Part shown: positions 48,066-57,376 of the stretch, in pieces | How the letters are laid out: each line of letters opens with the position of its first letter | How positions within the stretch are numbered: the first letter of the stretch is position 1 | Notes under the pieces: generated by a model | The model's database searches: none | Seen by the model: the letters and a program-made list of their open reading frames with translations, nothing else | Told to the model about the DNA's origin: nothing | Assembly (NCBI GenBank): GCA_965198945.1 | Contig: CBDAQI010000013.1 | Coordinates: 191,160-255,159, forward strand | DNA length: 64,000 nt | Reading direction: 5' to 3' | From: Thermodesulfobacteriota bacterium | GTDB lineage: Bacteria > Desulfobacterota_D > UBA1144 > Nemesobacterales > Mycalebacteriaceae | Program-made: the position numbers and the translations under genes

Positions 48066-50092
48066 ATGTCAAGGTTAGCGGTTGTATTGATTCTGGTTTT
48101 CCTCACCGCCGGTTGCGCCAGTTCGGGAGGAGGCGGAGAAATTTCTCTGAGACCGCCGCCACCTGCAGAAAGAATAATGGTGCAACTGTCTGCACAATCA
48201 TCTGTGGCAAGTCTCGCTCGCATTCCAGGAGTTGACGGAGAGGTCAACATTCAGCCACTTCCTCCAAAAAGTTTTGTGCCATTGCCAAAGCCTGTGAGGC
48301 TGCCCAAGTCTTCCCCGATGTTGAGAAGACCCATGAAACGGGGAACTCCCAATCCCGTAGTGTCGGTTGACCCGCCTGAGAGTTTTGTGCCGTTGCCGGA
48401 GCCTGTGAGGGTGCCCAAGTCAAGGGCTTCAATTATAAGTCATTGTGAAAATGTAAGGGGTTTTGACGACACAGCAGGTGTGACATTATGCAACCGTGCG
48501 AGAATACCGGGACTTATCCCTCTTTATAATCTTGTCTCGGCTGATATTGACAGAAAAATAGCCAACAAAGAAACAATAGAGAAAATCGGGGTGGTAATTG
48601 ATGTAGGCGATCACGGCAGGGCAGTGTTTAGGACAGCAGAAATTGCCACCAGGAAGGAACTACTTCAATATTTTGATGCGCCTGGTTCTTTTCAAATAGC
48701 ACAAAAGTTTAGAACAGAAGTAGCTGCCGGAAGCATAGTCAACATTTCTTTTGGAGGAATTTTTGTAACATCAGCATTATCATCAGTGAGGTCCAGGATT
48801 AGCCCTCAGGATGTGCGGATGTCCCGCTCTCTTCTTCTCTTACCTACCGGCAATTTCGAAGGGCCTGAACCTGCGCAAAGCCGGCAAGCTCTCAGAGAGA
48901 TTCATGCTTTGCCGGATGTGAACAACGCCGGTTCTGTTCTTCTGGTTGCGGGACTCACACAGAATAAAGCATTCCCGCTGACAGACGGAAACGGTTTTCA
49001 CAAAGGATACAGAGCCGTTCCTACCGATGGTATTCCTTTCCTTCAATACATCCGGACTCAAACCGTTGCGGAAGCGCGGCGGATTACTGTGTGACTGCAC
49101 CATACAGAGTTTATACAACAGTAAAAAACAGCAGACCTGTTTCAGCAAGGCGGTTTTTGCACGATGAATTCAATTATAAGGAGGGCACAAGTTTTTCCAC
49201 CCCCATTGTTATGGGCACACTTGTAAACCTGCGCTATGAGTGGCCTCATCTTACAAACCAGCAACTTGTAAAGCTCGCCTGCGTAACTGCAGTAGACCTT
49301 GGAGATCCGGGAAATGACCCCGTCTACGGTTGCGGTCAATTCTCCGTCTCAGCCATCTGGCTCCCCACGGGAGATCTTGTTGACCCAGCTGAATTGCTTC
49401 CCGTTGCCCGGGGCGACATAGCCGTATCCGGAGCATCTGTATCCGAACCCGTTGTCGTAAAGGGCTATGAAAACAACGAGTTTGCAAGAGACTATGAAAT
49501 TTCAGTTCCCCTTTCCGCTTCATCTTCTTCCCTGCGCATAGAACCGTCTGTCTCCTGGAACAGTATAAAAAGCATGATTGACTTCCGCGATTCGGGTTAT
49601 CTGTCAGTCCCCGTTGTGGACGGAGGAAGCGCCGCTCATCTTTTCAAAGGAGCTTTCTTCTTCATGAACGGGCAATACGGAGTGGGCAGAGCGGGCATAT
49701 CGCACACGAGCGGATTTTCCGTTGCATTTGAAAGAGAGACGGATTCTTTTTTCGGCAGTGTTGGCAGCGGTTCCTATAGATTCGGAGACACGAACAAGGT
49801 GATAGCGTCATTTGACAGGTATTTCGGGTTGGGCGACACATATGGGATAGGAGTGGGAGCTGCTGCGGCATATGGAGAGGTTGATCCCGTGTATTCACTG
49901 ATTAAATCAGCGAGGGGACATGCGCAGACGGCGCGAGTGTCATTTATGAGGCGGAAGAAGAATTTTGATGTCGGTGTGGAGTTTAACTACAGCACGGGGT
50001 TGAAGGGAGACATAACGGTTCAGAACAGGAACTATGAGTTGAATCCCGCTGATGAAAAGGGTGTTTTGTTTACAATGAGGTTTGTGATGTAG
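48066..50092 (+). pseudogene. Lipoprotein S8 subtilase with Pro-rich linker and beta-rich C-terminal domain, split by a 2-nt frameshift at 49088-49094
   Basis: Lipobox LTAGC; ORF1 has VVIDVG, DHGRAV, IVNISFG, PTGN; ORF2 has TAPY, EGTSFSTPIV, AVDLGDPGNDPVYGCG; deleting one TG from (TG)3 fuses ITV-TAPY. Confidence 0.78.
48261..48421 (+). repeat. Intragenic 50-bp duplication encoding PP(K/E)SFVPLP(K/E)PVR(L/V)PKS
   Basis: Copies at 48261-48310 and 48372-48421, 42/50 identical by manual alignment. Confidence 0.9.
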
Positions 50093-50125
50093 GGGATGCT
50101 TTTCTCTTCATTTCTGCATTTTCTC

Positions 50126-50888
50126 TGTCATTCCCAATTCTTTCCCCGTCATTCCCCTTTCTCCCGTCATTCCCGTGGAAACGGGAATCCAGTATTCCGA
50201 CAAGTCCTGCCATAAACCCTCGGATTCCGTGTCAGAGGCAGAATGACTTGAAGGGAGAAATAGCATCTTCGCCTAAGCGCAAATGGAAATACGGACAACA
50301 CAAAAGCGGATTCTAAGTTTTTTATCTGCATACACTTTTGGCGATTGCAAAAACATTTAATTCAATGCCGGATTATGTGTCTCACACAGAATAGCTAATA
50401 ATGAAAACAATGATGCTCTGTCATTTCTAATACTGGATTCCCGTTTCCACGGGAATGACGAGAGCGAGAAAAGACGATTCTGTTTAGTTCCGTATTTTCT
50501 CTTTCATTCCCCTGAAAGATTGTCCCTGTGAAAACGGGTGGGAATCGTGGGCAATGCAGCAAATGACACTCAACAAAGGCAATGTTGTCTGCCGGTGGAG
50601 AGAAAACGACAACAAAGCAACTCTTTATTCAAAAACAACTTTGTGTCTGCGCCCCGGAGAACAGACAGAACAAAACGCTCCACTTTGGTGTTACAACTGA
50701 CTTTCTACAATGTGTTTAATAAATACTGGATTCCCGCCCCCGTTTCCACGGGGACATGCTTTCATGAGGACAAGCTTTCACGGAAATGACGGAGAGGGAT
50801 AGAAAAAAACTTAAAAAGAGAACAAGGAAATCCAGTATTCCGGCAAAATCCACCATAAACTCAGATTGTATACCAAACACGGAATGGC
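50126..50888. repeat. Palindromic repeat cluster 3
   Basis: Three GTCATTCCC starts ending in a full unit 50165-50203; perfect 32-bp inverse copy 50429-50460; nested units 50504-50546 and 50722-50791; degenerate forward unit 50826-50888. Confidence 0.9.
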
Positions 50889-50979
50889 TAATAACATAAA
50901 AAATGATTTCTTGTAAAAAGTAAGATTTTGCTCTCTTTTTCCATCTTTGCAGACATTAGAATATAATCCCAAAGGCAAT

Positions 50980-51357
50980 ATGATAATAGGAATTGGAACC
51001 GACATTGTGGAAAATTCCAGAATTGAATCAGTCATTTCACGACACGGAGACAGATTCATGGAACGGCTTTTCTCCAAAACTGAAAGAAACCACTTTCTCA
51101 AATTCAACTCATCGGTCCAAAGTATCGCCGCTTCATTTGCCGCGAAAGAAGCTTTTGTGAAAGCCCTTGGAACCGGTTTCAGATACGGTATTTCTTTTTC
51201 TGACATGGAAATTATCAGAGACTCGCGCGGAAAACCGTTTATTAAACTTTCGGGCAAGGCGGAAGATTTCTTCCGGAAAATGGGAGCAGGGCACATACAC
51301 CTTTCAATGTCGCACGAAAAATCACACAGTGTGGCCGTTGTGGTGCTTGAATCCTGA
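50980..51357 (+). CDS. acpS: Holo-ACP synthase
   Basis: ATG 50980: MIIGIGTDIVE, FAAKEAFVKALGTG, GKP, SMSHE; TATAAT 12 nt upstream. Confidence 0.95.
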   Translation: MIIGIGTDIVENSRIESVISRHGDRFMERLFSKTERNHFLKFNSSVQSIAASFAAKEAFVKALGTGFRYGISFSDMEIIRDSRGKPFIKLSGKAEDFFRKMGAGHIHLSMSHEKSHSVAVVVLES

Positions 51358-52622
51358 TGAGTCCCCAAAACCCGCTTGATTATCTTGACTCTCTCAGTCA
51401 GCACACCGTTAAACCCGGACTTGAAAGAATATCAAACATTCTGAATGCCGCCGGCAATCCCCACCTGTCGCCAAACACCGTTGTTATAGCGGGAACAAAC
51501 GGAAAAACATCAACCGCGTCCATGCTTTCGGAAATCCTGATTTCATGCGGTTTTACAACGGGTCTTTATACTTCGCCCCACCTTGTCCGGGTCGGAGAGA
51601 GAATAAAGATAAACGGCAAACCAATAAGCGATTCCTATCTGGGAAATTTGATTGACAGAGTTCGCATAATTTCCGGGGACGGCAAAATAAAAGCGAGTTA
51701 TTTTGAGACCGTCACCGCCGCCGCCTTCATATCGTTCCACGAAAAAAATGTTGATTTTGCAGTCATGGAAACCGGAATGGGTGGGAGGTGGGACGCCGTA
51801 AACGCGGCGCGCCCCACGGTGTGCGCCATAACAAATGTTTCCATGGACCACATTCAATATCTGGGTGATACGCCGGAAAAAATAGCAGCTGAAAAAGCGG
51901 GAATAGCAAAGAAAAAAGTTCCTCTTGTAACGGCCGCAGAGGGAAATGCCCTGAAGGTGATTGAAAAAAAATGTTCGGAGAAAAAAACCCCTCTTTTGAA
52001 AATTAAAAGAGACTTTAATTGTCTGCAAACCGCACGGGAAGTTTTTTCATATTCCGGTCGGTCGTGGAATATTAAAAACATCCGCCTTGGCATGGCAGGC
52101 GGCTTTCAGATAAAAAACGCATGTCTGGCCCTTGCTTGTGCGGAGATCATTTCCGGACGCGGCTTTGATATTAATCCGGAACAAGCAAAACAGGCTCTTG
52201 AAAAAACCCGTGTCGGAGCAAGAATGGAATACACGAGAGTATCCCCTCCCCTTATTATAGACGGCGCTCATAATTCGGAATCAGCCCGCTGTCTTACGCT
52301 GTCAATAATGGAAAATCATCCCTCGGAAAAGTTTGTTTTTATAATAGCCATGTCAAATGATAAAAATCCGAAAGAATTTTTCAAACACATAGAACCGGTT
52401 TGCCGGCGCCTTATACTCACCCGCTCACAAAGCCTGAAAGGTGAGAGACCGGAAACACTTATGAAATTAGCGCCCGTGAGCATTGAAGCCGAAATTGCGG
52501 AAACAACGGAAGAAGCGTTGAAAACAGCCTTGAAAACAGCCCTTCCCTGCTGTGTTACCGGTTCATTGTATTTTGCGGGAGATGTAAAAAAACTTTTTGA
52601 AAACGGCTCAATCAAGATTTAG
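51357..52622 (+). CDS. folC: Folylpolyglutamate synthase/dihydrofolate synthase
   Basis: AGTNGKTS, YTSPHL, ETGMGGRWDAVN, DGAHN, GSLYF. Confidence 0.95.
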   Translation: MSPQNPLDYLDSLSQHTVKPGLERISNILNAAGNPHLSPNTVVIAGTNGKTSTASMLSEILISCGFTTGLYTSPHLVRVGERIKINGKPISDSYLGNLIDRVRIISGDGKIKASYFETVTAAAFISFHEKNVDFAVMETGMGGRWDAVNAARPTVCAITNVSMDHIQYLGDTPEKIAAEKAGIAKKKVPLVTAAEGNALKVIEKKCSEKKTPLLKIKRDFNCLQTAREVFSYSGRSWNIKNIRLGMAGGFQIKNACLALACAEIISGRGFDINPEQAKQALEKTRVGARMEYTRVSPPLIIDGAHNSESARCLTLSIMENHPSEKFVFIIAMSNDKNPKEFFKHIEPVCRRLILTRSQSLKGERPETLMKLAPVSIEAEIAETTEEALKTALKTALPCCVTGSLYFAGDVKKLFENGSIKI

Positions 52623-53333
52623 GAATTCGCACATTCCGCAAATTTTGGAAAACCCGTGGTCTCCCATTACACTTTCAAGATCGCTCCTGCCGTATTTTGT
52701 AGTCAGAATAATTTTTCCCCGCCTTCTCCATCTGTGAGAGACTATGTTCTCAAACACGCTTTTCTCCCAATCGGTAAGTTCACGCGAACTCATTCCCACT
52801 CCGTCCAGAATAAGCACCTTTGCATTAAAACAGGAATCAAGAAAAGCGGATTCCGAAACCCCCTCTTCTCTGCTTTTGAGCCGCAGAATTAAATCGCTAA
52901 AATCCTGGAACAGACAGTCTATCCCGTTTCTCAGAGTCAAACGAGAGGCGGCGGCGGCGGCAAGGCGCGTTTTCCCGCGGCCGGAGGAGGAGGAAAGAAT
53001 AAAACTTTTTTCGCGCGGATACCCCGCTATGAATCTCTCCACATATTGCGCGGCGGAGATCATATTTTTTGTTCCCTGCGCGTTCACTTCTACGAAAGCC
53101 ATAACGGCAGGTATCCTGGCGTTATTGTATTTTTTCACATTGTTGTGAACGGCGGAGCAGGCGGAGCAGGCAATTTTGTATCTGTATTTGTCTTCTTTTC
53201 TTCTTTCAACCGTGAAACCGCATCCACCGCATTTTGTGCAGTTTTTTTTGCACTCGCATATATGTGCGCGGGCAAAATCCCGGCCGGGCTCTATTAAATA
53301 AAAAAGACCGCCGCATTTTTTACATTTGTCCAT
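52608..53333 (-). CDS. DnaC/IstB-like AAA+ protein with Cys-rich N-terminus and degenerate Walker motifs
   Basis: CxxC repeats, ARIP, SSSSGRGKT, VLILDGVG, ILTT, C-terminal KICGMC. Confidence 0.65.
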   Translation of the reverse strand: MDKCKKCGGLFYLIEPGRDFARAHICECKKNCTKCGGCGFTVERRKEDKYRYKIACSACSAVHNNVKKYNNARIPAVMAFVEVNAQGTKNMISAAQYVERFIAGYPREKSFILSSSSGRGKTRLAAAAASRLTLRNGIDCLFQDFSDLILRLKSREEGVSESAFLDSCFNAKVLILDGVGMSSRELTDWEKSVFENIVSHRWRRRGKIILTTKYGRSDLESVMGDHGFSKICGMCEFLNLD

Positions 53334-53386
53334 TTTATGCAGTTTCGGTCAAAAATCCGTTCAGTGGCGTCAAAATGGCTGAGAGT

Positions 53387-53944
53387 TCACTTTTTCCATT
53401 TAATGTTGCACCCCATGCTCGGAATCTGATTTGCGGGAGGCGAATTTCCATCAACGGCTGCTTCAAGGGCTTCTCTGAGGTCTTTTCCGGTAACCGGCTT
53501 TCCGTTTTCAGGTCTTGAATCATCAAGCTGCCCCCGGTAGACACAGGAAAGATTTCCGTCAAAAACGAAGAAATCCGGTGTGCAGGCGGCGTCATATGCT
53601 TTTGCCACATCCTGGGTCTCATCAAACAAATATGAAAACGGATAGTTAAGTCTTTCCGCGTCATCGCGCATCTTTTCGGGTGAATCTTCCGGGTAGTTTT
53701 CAACATCATTTGAATTAATGGCCACGAAAGAAACACCGCGTGCGATGTAATCATTTGCAAGGTTTACGAGTTCGCTTTGTATATGTTTCACATATGGGCA
53801 GTGGTTGCATATAAACATAACAACGGTTGCAACATCGGATTTGAAGTCACCGAGAGTTTTCATTTCACCGCTTACGGCATCGGGAAGATTAAAATCAGGG
53901 GCTTTCATCCCCAGGGGAATCATATTTGAAGGTGTAAGAACCAC
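53387..53944 (-). CDS. AhpC/TSA-like thioredoxin family protein
   Basis: GTG 53944 after RBS AAGGAGG; FICNHCPYV, YPEDS, CTPDFF, YRGQLDD, SMGCNIKWK. Confidence 0.92.
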   Translation of the reverse strand: MVLTPSNMIPLGMKAPDFNLPDAVSGEMKTLGDFKSDVATVVMFICNHCPYVKHIQSELVNLANDYIARGVSFVAINSNDVENYPEDSPEKMRDDAERLNYPFSYLFDETQDVAKAYDAACTPDFFVFDGNLSCVYRGQLDDSRPENGKPVTGKDLREALEAAVDGNSPPANQIPSMGCNIKWKK

Positions 53945-53963
53945 AATGAACCTCCTTGTTATG

Positions 53964-54158
53964 TCATTTTGAGTCTGAAAAACCGGTCTTTTTATGGGTT
54001 CCGTCACAAAACGGCTTGTCTGACGAAGCGCCGCATCTGCAGAGGGCGACTTTGTCTCCACAATCAATTTTTCTGCCCGAAGAATCAAAAATTTCGTAAA
54101 CTCCAGACATTATCATCGGACCGTCTTTGAGAATCTGTAATGTTGATTTTTTGTTCAT
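53964..54158 (-). CDS. CDGSH iron-sulfur domain protein
   Basis: ATG 54158; DGP, LCRCGASSDKPFCDGTH. Confidence 0.9.
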   Translation of the reverse strand: MNKKSTLQILKDGPMIMSGVYEIFDSSGRKIDCGDKVALCRCGASSDKPFCDGTHKKTGFSDSK

Positions 54159-54299
54159 GCCGGCAATTTTATCACAGAAAAGCCGTCTCGTCATTCTCAA
54201 TAAAAACGGGGACGGAAACATTTTGAGTTGAAAAAAGAAAAACCGTGTCATACCTTCCCCGGATGGAACGCGGGGAATATGATATATTCTAACCCATCA

Positions 54300-54962
54300 A
54301 TGATAATTTCCCCCTCAATACTTGCGGCTGATTTTACAAAACTTGGCGAACAGGTCCGGAAGACCGCCGAAGCCGGTGCGGATTGGGTACATGTGGATGT
54401 TATGGACGGTTGTTTTGTTCCGAACATCAGCATAGGCGTTCCGGTTGTGAAATCACTTTCAAAAATTGACTGCCCGCCAATGGATATTCATCTGATGGTT
54501 AAAAATCCCGAAAAAATTATCGGGGCGTTTGCAAAAGCGGGCGGCGGCGGGACAAACAACATCACGGTTCAAGCTGAAGCCTGCAAAGATGTTTCATCCG
54601 TGCTTGCGCATATCCGCTCTTTCGGAGTTATGGCGGGAGTGGCTCTCAACCCGTCAACACCGCTGTCTCTGATTGAAAGTATTTTGCCGCAAACCGACAT
54701 TGTGGTTGTTATGTCGGTTGATCCGGGGTTTTCAGGACAGAGTTTTATGGAATCGTCTCTTGAGAAAATTGCAACTCTGCGGAAAATGCTCGGACCTCCG
54801 GGCGCTGGAGTTCCACTGCTTGAAGTGGACGGGGGTGTGGATTTTGAAAAAGCAAAGGCGGTTCTCAAAGCGGGTGCTGACGTAATCGTAAGCGGTTCGG
54901 GCATATTCGGACAACAAGACATAGGGGAAGCGGTCAGAAAAATTAAAGGAATTGAAATTTAA
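54300..54962 (+). CDS. rpe: Ribulose-phosphate 3-epimerase
   Basis: ATG 54300: ISPSILAADF, HVDVMDG, MSVDPGFSGQ, EVDGG. Confidence 0.96.
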   Translation: MIISPSILAADFTKLGEQVRKTAEAGADWVHVDVMDGCFVPNISIGVPVVKSLSKIDCPPMDIHLMVKNPEKIIGAFAKAGGGGTNNITVQAEACKDVSSVLAHIRSFGVMAGVALNPSTPLSLIESILPQTDIVVVMSVDPGFSGQSFMESSLEKIATLRKMLGPPGAGVPLLEVDGGVDFEKAKAVLKAGADVIVSGSGIFGQQDIGEAVRKIKGIEI

Positions 54963-55611
54963 CGGCGGATACCGTGCGGTGAATGACATTTACACAAAAG
55001 AGATCAAAAACTATTTCCGCTCTCTTTCAGGAGGAGCGCTGATAATCTCGTCAGAAGACGAACACACACTGCTGAAATGGAAAAAAGAAGGGATTTCCAA
55101 GCAGGATGTGCTTGTTGGAATAAAAAAAGCTTTTCAAAACAACAACGGGAAAAGACTGACTATTTCGGGATGCGGAGATTTTGTTGAGAGGCGTTTCCGC
55201 AAATTACATAGGGCGGATGGGAAAAAGCCCGGTTCTCAGAACAAAAGTGATGCTGAAGCACACTCAATCGCTCTGAGGGTCTTTCGCAATATCTCATCCG
55301 CAATGGAAAACACTGATGATGCCAATATAAAAAAATGCCTTGAAAAAGCCGGTGGGATTTTCTTAAATGACGCGCCCGGTTCAAAGAACATCGGTGATTC
55401 TATTGGCAAAATACGCAGACAGACATGCGCGGAACTGCTTGATCTCCTGCCCGTGGAAGGCGCGGAAAATATTAAAAAGCGGGCGGAGCAAACCGTTTCA
55501 TCCTCGGGAAGGACTTTTATAAATGAGGAAGAAAGAAAAAAAGCGCTTGAAACTTTCATTGACAAGCTGATTATAAAAGAAGCGGGGCTTGAAGGAGTAT
55601 TTGATATTTGA
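54952..55611 (+). CDS. Hypothetical protein, possible DnaD/DnaB_2-like N-terminal domain
   Basis: EI..YF....G..LIISSED...L.KW...GI....V..GI.KAF pattern; start may be GTG 54978. Confidence 0.55.
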   Translation: MKFNGGYRAVNDIYTKEIKNYFRSLSGGALIISSEDEHTLLKWKKEGISKQDVLVGIKKAFQNNNGKRLTISGCGDFVERRFRKLHRADGKKPGSQNKSDAEAHSIALRVFRNISSAMENTDDANIKKCLEKAGGIFLNDAPGSKNIGDSIGKIRRQTCAELLDLLPVEGAENIKKRAEQTVSSSGRTFINEEERKKALETFIDKLIIKEAGLEGVFDI

Positions 55612-55672
55612 AGCTCTCAAAGGCCAGACTATCTCATATTTTCATACACCCGATTCAGACTAAAGGCCGCGA

Positions 55673-57322
55673 ATGATTAAAAAAGATTTTATAAGGCAGG
55701 AAATAGCAAAAGATGTATCCGAAGGCGGTCGGGTTGCCACACGCTTTCCCCCCGAACCCAACGGCTATCTGCACATTGGACACGCGAAATCAATCTGTCT
55801 TAACTTTCTCGCGGCCATGGAGAACTCCGGAACCTGCAGTCTGCGGTTTGATGATACAAACCCCAGAAAAGAGAAAAAAGACTTTACCGAAGCGATTAAG
55901 ACCGATGTGAAATGGCTTGGTTTTGACTGGGAAAAAGACGGCCTGCGCTTCGCATCCGACCATTTTGACACACTGTTTGAATTTGCCCGTTTTCTTACGG
56001 CAAGAAATGAAGCGTTTGTGGACGACCTCAGCGCCCAACAAATAAGGGAATATCGCGGCACCCTTACACAGGCGGGGATACACAGCCCGTTCAGAAACAG
56101 AAGCGGGGAAGAAAGTCTCAAATTGCTTGAAGGAATGAAAAAAGGCGAATTCGCCGAAGGTGAGAAAGTCCTGCGGGCAAAAATTGACATGTCTTCGGGC
56201 AATATAAACATGCGTGACCCGGTCATATACCGCATAATCAAAATCCCTCACCATAAAACCGGCGAAAAATGGAAAATCTACCCCACATATGACTTTGCCC
56301 ACCCGGTTTCAGACGCAATTGAAAATATAACGCACTCGCTATGCACGCTTGAGTTTGAAGACCACAGACCCCTCTATGACTGGTTTGTTAAACGTTACTG
56401 TGAGTTTGCAAACGGGTCTCAAAAACAAAGACCGCGCCAGATTGAGTTTTCGCGCCTGGAACTGAGCCATACGGTTATGAGCAAAAGGAGACTGTCAGAA
56501 CTTGTGAAAACGGGCGCGGTAAAGGGATGGGACGACCCGCGAATGCCTACAATATCCGGGATGCGGAGGCGCGGTTATCCGGCGGAGGCAATAAAAATTT
56601 TTTGTGACCGGGTGGGAATTACAAAACAAAAAAGTGTAATTGAGGTAAAACTGCTTGAGCATACGGTCAGGGAATACATGAATAAAACCGCTCCGAGAAG
56701 AATGGCGGTTCTCAATCCGTTAAAAATCATCATTACCAACTATCCTGAAAATAAGGAAGAGATTGTCTCCGCCGTCAACAACCCCGAAGATGAAAACGCC
56801 GGGGAAAGACCCGTAATTTTTTCAAGAACTCTTTTTATAGAGAGAGAGGATTTTATGGAAAATCCCACGAAAAAATTCCACCGTCTTTTTCCGGGCGCCG
56901 AAGTGCGGCTCAGATACGGATACTTTGTCACCTGTAAAGAGTTCAGAAAAAATGACAAGGGCGAAATCACTTTTCTGCTTTGCGAATATGACCCCGAAAC
57001 AAAAGGTGGAAACGCGCCCGACGGCCGCAAAGTGAAAGGAACAATTCACTGGGTCAGCGCTGAGAAGCACGCCAAGGCTCAAGTGCGGCTTTATGACCGT
57101 CTCTTCAATGAAAAAACCCCCTCAGCGACCGACTCAATCAACCCGGATTCACTCCGGATAGTGGAAGATGTCCCCGTTGAAATGTCTCTGACAGAAGCAA
57201 AGGCGGGAGAGTTTTTTCAGTTTGAAAGAAAAGGATATTTTACCGTTGACGAGGATTCGGACAGCGAAAAAATTATTTTTAACCGGACCGAAACTTTAAG
57301 GGATTCATGGAAAGGCGAATAA
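55673..57322 (+). CDS. glnS: Glutamine--tRNA ligase
   Basis: RFPPEPNGYLHIGHAK, RFDDTNP, MSKR, GWDDPRMPT, FQFER.GYF. Confidence 0.97.
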   Translation: MIKKDFIRQEIAKDVSEGGRVATRFPPEPNGYLHIGHAKSICLNFLAAMENSGTCSLRFDDTNPRKEKKDFTEAIKTDVKWLGFDWEKDGLRFASDHFDTLFEFARFLTARNEAFVDDLSAQQIREYRGTLTQAGIHSPFRNRSGEESLKLLEGMKKGEFAEGEKVLRAKIDMSSGNINMRDPVIYRIIKIPHHKTGEKWKIYPTYDFAHPVSDAIENITHSLCTLEFEDHRPLYDWFVKRYCEFANGSQKQRPRQIEFSRLELSHTVMSKRRLSELVKTGAVKGWDDPRMPTISGMRRRGYPAEAIKIFCDRVGITKQKSVIEVKLLEHTVREYMNKTAPRRMAVLNPLKIIITNYPENKEEIVSAVNNPEDENAGERPVIFSRTLFIEREDFMENPTKKFHRLFPGAEVRLRYGYFVTCKEFRKNDKGEITFLLCEYDPETKGGNAPDGRKVKGTIHWVSAEKHAKAQVRLYDRLFNEKTPSATDSINPDSLRIVEDVPVEMSLTEAKAGEFFQFERKGYFTVDEDSDSEKIIFNRTETLRDSWKGE

Positions 57323-57376
57323 TCCGGAATTTCAGCCCCGCTCTACCCTCTTTCTGATTTTGGCGCTCCCTCTTGC

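Larger units (their letters stand above)
46117..50979. mobile_element. Repeat-rich accessory island inserted between pdxJ and acpS
   Basis: Separates two normally adjacent genes; the only long non-coding stretches in the window; all clear palindromic repeats lie here; no integrase or transposase. Confidence 0.7.

Noticed and set aside
46266..50888. Repeat clusters as a CRISPR array
   Set aside because: Spacing is irregular (20 bp to 2 kb), orientations are mixed, copies are truncated or nested, and no cas genes are present.
46117..50979. Classical integron or prophage
   Set aside because: No IntI-type integrase, no clear attC RYYYAAC/GTTRRRY ends, and no capsid, terminase or portal genes.
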